Below, piece by piece: positions 38,915 through 46,243 of a DNA stretch of 51,300 nucleotides. Below the pieces are notes generated by a model, which was given only the letters and a program-made list of their open reading frames with translations, was not told where the DNA came from and ran no database searches. The stretch covers positions 3,822,924-3,874,223 of the forward strand of contig BFEA01000033.1 in assembly GCA_003427395.1 (NCBI GenBank), in the 5' to 3' direction. How positions within the stretch are numbered: the first letter of the stretch is position 1; every line of letters begins with the position of its first letter. The position numbers and the translations under genes were made by a program. The stretch comes from Chara braunii. Lineage: Eukaryota > Plantae > Charophyceae.

Positions 38915-39015
38915 GTCCGGATCCCATGCATTTCCTTTTCTTTTTTTCATTTTTCATTTTTTCCAGAAAAAAAAAAAGCGTAGACACAGCCCGGCATATA
39001 GTTTTTTCATGGGAG

Positions 39016-39061
<46 letters not shown>

Positions 39062-42000
39062 CGCCACCCCGGCATATAGTTTTTTTTAAAAAAAAAAAGG
39101 CTAATACTTTTAAGCCCAACCAATTCAATTACCCGTCGAATCTGGACAGGACGGCCTTTCAGGCCTTTTTTATTGTCATTATAGTATTACGGGGAACCCC
39201 GTAGCAGCCACATCCGTGCTCAAGCCTCCAANGAGGGAACATGCGGGAGCTGCANCCACTANCAGGTTTGTCATTATAGTANTACGGGGAACCCCGTAGC
39301 AGCCACATCCGTGCTCAAGCCTCCAACGAGGGAACATGNCGGAGCTGCACCCACTAGCAGGTGCGATACCTGCTACAGCAGGTGGGCGATACCGGCCAGG
39401 GGTCAGGCGGTAGCATCAGGACGGACCTTCTTCGATGTGCCAGTCACTGTGCCTCCCCTCCGGTCCCCTCCCCCTATGAACATCAGCAGTCTCTGCTCAA
39501 TGCCACTCGGGGGGACCGAGGGCATATCTCTAGGTGGCGGGCAAACTATCCGCTACAGTGCCAACAAAGCCCTGAGTGACATCTGCAGCAATGTCTTGCG
39601 CGACGTTTAACACTTGAGATTCGCGGAACACAGATGAGAACATTGACTATGACACCGATGATGTGCTTTCTTTAGATGACGACCTCGGTACACCGTACGC
39701 CTCGGACACAGAATATCGCACGCAAGCATCTAAATTGGGCAAACGCAGAAGCATGCCTGCGGACAATCCTCGCACCTCTTCCACCCCTGCACAAAACATG
39801 CATACACGCAAATCACCTGCTGCAGATGACAACCAAACAACGCAATCCCCTCGCACACAACAGCAACACACCTCTCCCAAGACGCTTCAACGCCCCCAAG
39901 CTCATCCTCTGGCACTAGCAGGTCATACAGACCACAGCCAGCCACCCAACAGACTGACCCAAGCAGATACTTATCTGCGTCCATACCCTGCGCAGCATGA
40001 ACCTCACATGCACAGTCAGCAAATGCGAGCATCACCCAACACCCAACAGCACAGTCAACCCAACAGACTGACCCAAGCAGATAACATGAAACTGAATGGC
40101 AAGCAGCCGCTTTCAACCCCCAGCCCATCTCAGAATTACACCGACCACTGTCAACACCCCTGCTGGCTCAAGAATCAGCCTCTTCCAACCAGCCAACACA
40201 AGGATTCATCCACACCTCAGCCCGCAACAAACCCCCCCCGCCACCAGCCGTCACATGCTGCACCCGCGGAACAGAAGGTAGTTGCCTCAGTCAAAAATGG
40301 ATACCGCNCCGGTGTCACCTTGGTGTATCATCGGTTGAATTGGTGGGGAACACCTATCTGGCTGGACAAAGCTCGTACTGTCGAGNTTGATCATCAACTC
40401 AGTAACAAGTTTAACCGCTGGTCAGCTATTCTTGACTATGTAGGTAGACGACGTATGCTCAATAACCTCCTCTTCCGTCATTTCTTTGATCAGGGAGTCG
40501 AGCCGACAGAACACATTTGGCGAGACTTCCTTCTTGCCAGGGGAACCATCGAACGTTCATTTCTTGAGTGCCCAGGCAAAGAGATTGTCGATAATGGCAA
40601 TCTTGATGATGCCGAGCTCCTCATTACGCCAGATTGTTAGCTGCACATTCTCATCAGTGTCTGCCGTAAGTATAAGAACGCCTTGCTGGATGATTTACAG
40701 GCACGCCAGACTTGAATTCCTGGCTGATCAGCTTCCTAAAGAATGCAGGGTTGATAACCCGTACCCCAGGGCATGCAGAAGGTCATGTCCGCTTGCCACA
40801 TACACTCCGCAGAAACATTGGGTTTCTTCAGAATATGTGCGATGGCGGACAGAACAATTGGAAGCCAAGAAGGCTGCACCTGAGGGCACAAACAGCGACA
40901 ACAGCACTGCATCACCAACACCGATGAACAAAGACCTCGCAACAGTTTCATCTCCGCCACCTGCTCCTCATCCCGTCCGACGCCGTCTCTTCTTGCCACC
41001 GACTCCGCCACCTTTTCTGCTTACCCCCATCAATACCCACGTCACCTCTTCCCTTCCTGCAACTGAAGCTCCTCTTCCGCTCTCCACANACACTAACTGG
41101 CTGACACAATTGGAGGGGATTTNTCCGCACAATGTTNTTGAAACGNTCACNNNGATTGATTCCAATCACAGGTTGCAGCAGATAAGTGCGNTGCTGGCTA
41201 CAAAGAATCAGAACAGCAACAAATGGACTGCACTCGAAGCCATGCTCTATGTCGACTACTATCGCCAAGGCCATGACGAAGTCACGACTTTTGAGGATTA
41301 CAAGAGCGCTGCAGCATCCTACATTGCACTCCATGANAAACTGNGCNGTTCCTCAGTTGNCAAAGCATTTCCGTNACATTGTCGTCAATGTCCATCATAT
41401 TATGAATACATTCTGTGTGTACAACTGCCCNCATTCGAGTTTGGGTGCATGCCAAGCTTAGCCGCATTTGGTTGGGTTCACCNACAATCTGCGCAACACC
41501 TGCAATGATGCAGGCATAGTGAACTGTACACGTTCTAAGAGCCGGCTACCTATATAGTACGAAAGAGCCATGCACAAGGCAACATGCACATCCAACCTAC
41601 GGGTTGAAATGGGACATCAGTGCATCACAGAGGTAGACGATCAGAGTTGTTCAGACGTGCGCAGACTTTGACAGGGTGGACAAAACACCTGCTCATTTTC
41701 GATTTTATGTCAATTCTGAGCATGTGAAGTTGTCCTTTTGGATGTCCTTGAACTCTGTCATCGTCCTATCTCGAGTTGTTTCCCTCTGCTTCCTATTCCA
41801 ACTTGCCGGTGGACACGGATTGTCTTGACGCATTTACTTATCATTGGTGAATTTGAATGCACGAAATGTGACACCTCTGCTCGTTCCCATTTCTCATATA
41901 TACGTTAATGTGAATGCACTATGAACGCACAGAAAGAACTCAATCCATTCTTCGATGACTAGGGTAATCCTACTGCATAATTCTTAGACTTTATTGCCAC

Positions 42001-42219
42001 GGAAATGTGCTCTCCATTGCCATGTGGACCTACCACTTCTCGTCACCCATGATGTTCGTGCCATGCTGTGGAACCTTTCACTTATATCTTACCTGCTTCG
42101 CGTTTCTCCATTAACTCTTATTGTCCTGTCTTCAAATGTCAATGCAACCGACAACAATATTCAGTACAACTGAAGCACGCGGGCGAAGCCGCGCTGGCCA
42201 CATCTTGTTTGAAATTAAC

Positions 42220-42253
<34 letters not shown>

Positions 42254-45200
42254 CCATTTCTCGATTTATGCGTGTCATCATGCTAATCTTCTCTGTATCG
42301 GTCCAATTTTAACGGATGTCCCTAAGGACATTTTTCAATGATTTTAACATGCTCTTTTCCTGCTTTTGAGAGTTCTCCTGGAGTCCATTGGTGGATTTCC
42401 ACTGTACAGATGCCTTTGTTACTCGTGCTTGATGAATTGATTGTGAGCTGCCATTACCGATTGCTCCCCAGCAGAAGGTGCGTGCATGCAGGTGGTGGGA
42501 CAAGGAGTGGGTAGGTTTGTCTGTGGGACTTTTGGTGCTGCCACTTCCTGTGGTTGGTGACGTGCGAAAGGTGATGTCATCTGACCCTCGGTTCGTTATC
42601 AACTGCAGGGTTGACGGAGACTTGTGCTGGCAACTTCATTTGCATCCCTGACCAAAAAATGGCCGGGACTGTGGGCCCTCCTTTGCCAAACGTTGATGTT
42701 CGACTGGAAGCCGTACCTGAGATGAATTACGATCCCTTAGGAAACCCACCTCGAGGAGAGATTTGCATGAGAGGAAAGCCACTTTTCAAGGGGTACTACA
42801 AGAGAGATGACCTCACGAAGGAGGCAATTGTTGATGGCTGGTTTCACACAGGTAATTTTTTTTGTTCTCCGATTCTGATCCTCAAAAGTTACCATAGGTG
42901 GCAAATGCATCGAACTCGAGGAACCTTTCATCTGATTGCTTATCTAAATGGGGATGGTTGAAGTTGAGTGGTTATTTAGTGAAGCACATATGTTATGGAG
43001 GGTGTGGATAATGACGAGTGAAAAGTGCGGACCGACTGTGGCATGATTGCCAAATGGCTATCTTACGATCACTTGCATTGACTGCTGTTTTGATTCGTGC
43101 AAAAGGTGGGGGACACGTATGTCATCCGATTGCTTATATAAATGGGATGGTTAGCTAGGCTGTTTGCCCGGGCGCCCGGGCACCCAACTTCTGCGCGGGT
43201 ACACGCCCGGGTGCCCNNNNNNNNNNNNNNNNNNNNNNNNNNNNNNNNNNNNNNNNNNNNNNNNNNNNNNNNNNNNNNNNNNNNNNNNNNNNNNNNNNNN
43301 NNNNNNNNNNNNNNNNNNNNNNNNNNNNNNNNNNNNNNNNNNNNNNNNNNNNNNNNNNNNNNNNNNNNNNNNNNNNNNNNNNNNNNNNNNNNNNNNNNNN
43401 NNNNNNNNNNNNNNNNNNNNNNNNNNNNNNNNNNNNNNNNNNNNNNNNNNNNNNNNNNNNNNNNNNNNNNNNNNNNNNNNNNNNNNNNNNNNNNNNNNNN
43501 NNNNNNNNNNNNNNNNNNNNNNNNNNNNNNNNNNNNNNNNNNNNNNNNNNNNNNNNTTTTTTTTTTTTTTTTTTGCACGCCCGGGTACCCCGGGCGTCCC
43601 CCAAGTTCCTGGCCGGGCAGGACCAGCCGGGCGTGAGAATCTTCCTAGATGTTTAGCTTGTTGAGTGATGTTTTAGTCAAGCTCAGATGTTATGGTGGGT
43701 GTAAGGAATGAAGAGCGCTGGCCAACTGTGGCAGGATTACCGAATGTGGTTGTCCTATGATCACGGTGGTGGCGACTGCTGTTGATTCCCTGGAAAAGGT
43801 GGGAGACACGTATGTCGTCTGACGCATATGTATTATGTAGTGTTAGCCAAGTGCTCAGGGATCCTTGGAGGAGGGTACCCGTCAAGGCCTGTGGGCATCG
43901 CATGCACCAAGGCTGTTGCCCATCCCTTGAACACCTGAACAAAAGCGGCCTTGTGAGCATTGAGAAGGACCGACCTGGAAGAGGACTGAAAGGCAGTGCG
44001 ATGACGGCGGACATGATGGATGTTACAAGGAAGCATGAAGAACGCTTGTCGTTGCCAGTGTACCCGTCCTGAGGTGTACGAGTCCTTATCTTTCCTATTT
44101 TTATCTGGACCCGTCCTCCTACATTTCGTAAATTATCTGGGAAGGACATTTCCCTTTGCTAGACCAGAAGTTTTATTCCTCAATAGAGTTCCCCAGAAGT
44201 TTTTCTCAGAAGTCGATTGAGTCCTTCACAATCCTCAACCCTTTTCTCTGTGGAAGATGTTGATGCCATTACCACACCTTCTCCTAGAAAAAGATGGTTG
44301 CTCAAACTTACATGTCAAAGTGCATGCCGAAGCGCATCGAACACTGAAGCGGCCCATCCAGAGAGGGAACACATGTGAGAGAGCAGTTGTGCATGGATGC
44401 CAAGTTGCAGACCTTCACGACAGTGGAAGGGTGTGGTCGCCTGCGCCCATCCGGAGAGGGAACACATGTGAGAGAGCAGTTGTGCATGGATGCCGAGTTG
44501 CAGACCTTCACGCCAGTGGAAGGGTGCGGTCGCCTGCATGGCAACGACTGGTCAGCGGGACAACTTGGATGGCAGGCGATCAAGGCTAAGTCGTGAAGCC
44601 TAGTCAAGGTCGACGAGCAGCATCGAGCCTTTCCCGTTTGGAAAAACGGGGGAGCTTGCAGCTGCGACTGCATCGAGGATATCGCACATACCAGACTAGA
44701 CCCTCCCTCATGGTGGCACACATCTATGTTTCTCGTGGTGGCACTCTTCTCTTTTCTTGCAATTGTGTGTGGGCCCCTAAAAGCTCAGGATTTGTCTTCT
44801 TGGCTCTTCCTTCTGGGAACTCCACACTGGTTCGGAATTTGTCCTTCGTCCAGTATTGTTGGCCAAGGTTTTAGTTCTCTCTGGTAGGAGGTATGGGTCA
44901 GTGCACTGTGGTGGTTCTGTGTGTAACATACATGTTGCTCCTTTTTCAATTTCCTCTTGATTCACTTCCTGTTCCTTTTCATGTTCCATATCGGGTCCTT
45001 TTTCTCTATTCCGCATTGGTTGAACCCTGCAGGAGATATTGGGGAATGGCAGCCTGACGGAAGCATGAAGATCATTGACAGGAAGAAGAACATCTTCAAG
45101 CTGTCACAAGGAGAATATGTTGCTGTTGAGAATTTGGAGAACATATATGGACAGTGCAGTGCAGTGGAGATGGTAAGCAGTTGGCTTTGGTCAGGTTGTT

Positions 45201-46212
45201 CAGTGACTTGGATATAAATAAAAAACCATAGTCAGTTTCAATGTCTTGTGGTTAGAATGCCTGCTAAAGACGATGGCGTTGCTGTCGAGAATTTGGCAAA
45301 CATATATTGACAGTGCAGCGCAGTGGGGATGGTGAGCAGTTGGCTTCAGTCAGGTTGTTCAGTGACTTGGATATAAGATAGCATAATCAGTTTTGATGTC
45401 TTGTGGTTTGAATGCCTGCTAAAGACGGTCGCGAAACGCAAATGGTCATCGGAATCGCTAAACTCTGTTTTGTGCTTTAGAGATTCCAAAGATGCCCTGC
45501 AGGTGGTATATACTTTTGCCGTGTTTACCACGAGTACTTGGCACCCCTTCCCAAGCCGTCCAGATTGCTCCACAGTCCCTTGATTGGTTTAACAATCTTC
45601 TCTTCTTTGGCCCTTTTTCCAGCTTTCTGTCCTCTCTCGTCTTTCAGCTATCATGTCGTGATGGCAACTGATGCTTGTTCTCTGTGTATGGGTGTGCAGG
45701 TTTGGGTGTACGGGAACAGTTTTGAGTCTGTCCTCGTTGCTGTTGCAGTGCCGAAGGAGTCAGCTCTTCTTGCATGGGCTGCTTCAGCTGGCATCGAGGG
45801 AGATTATGAAGCACTCTGTGCTAAAGCAGAGGCCAGTAAATGGATTCTTCAGCAGCTCACTGAGGTTGGCAAGCGAGGAAAGGTAAGTTTTGGGCTCTTT
45901 TGATGTACACAGCAATGACAGCAATCGAGTTCGGATAGGGAGACTACCATCATCGCCCGAATAGAATGTGCGGTCATTATAGCTGTATTTGGTGCAACTT
46001 TCAGTCCACAAACGGCAATTATTGGTGTTCTGTTTGGGTGAAGACGGTAGGTAGTGATTGATTGCTCGTACGGTTTGCATTTTGCCGCTGCTTCTTAGGG
46101 ATGGTTGGTTTGCATTCTGCTGTTGCTGCTTTAGGGATGATGTGGCCCGTGAGGCTCTGAAAGAATGTAGCCAGCTGAAGGACTTGCGATGCTGGTCATG
46201 CAGCTGAGCTAG

Positions 46213-46243
<31 letters not shown>

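Noticed and set aside
38255-39204. 234-304-aa ORFs in all three + frames
   Set aside because: Stop-poor low-complexity GC/CT/poly-T sequence
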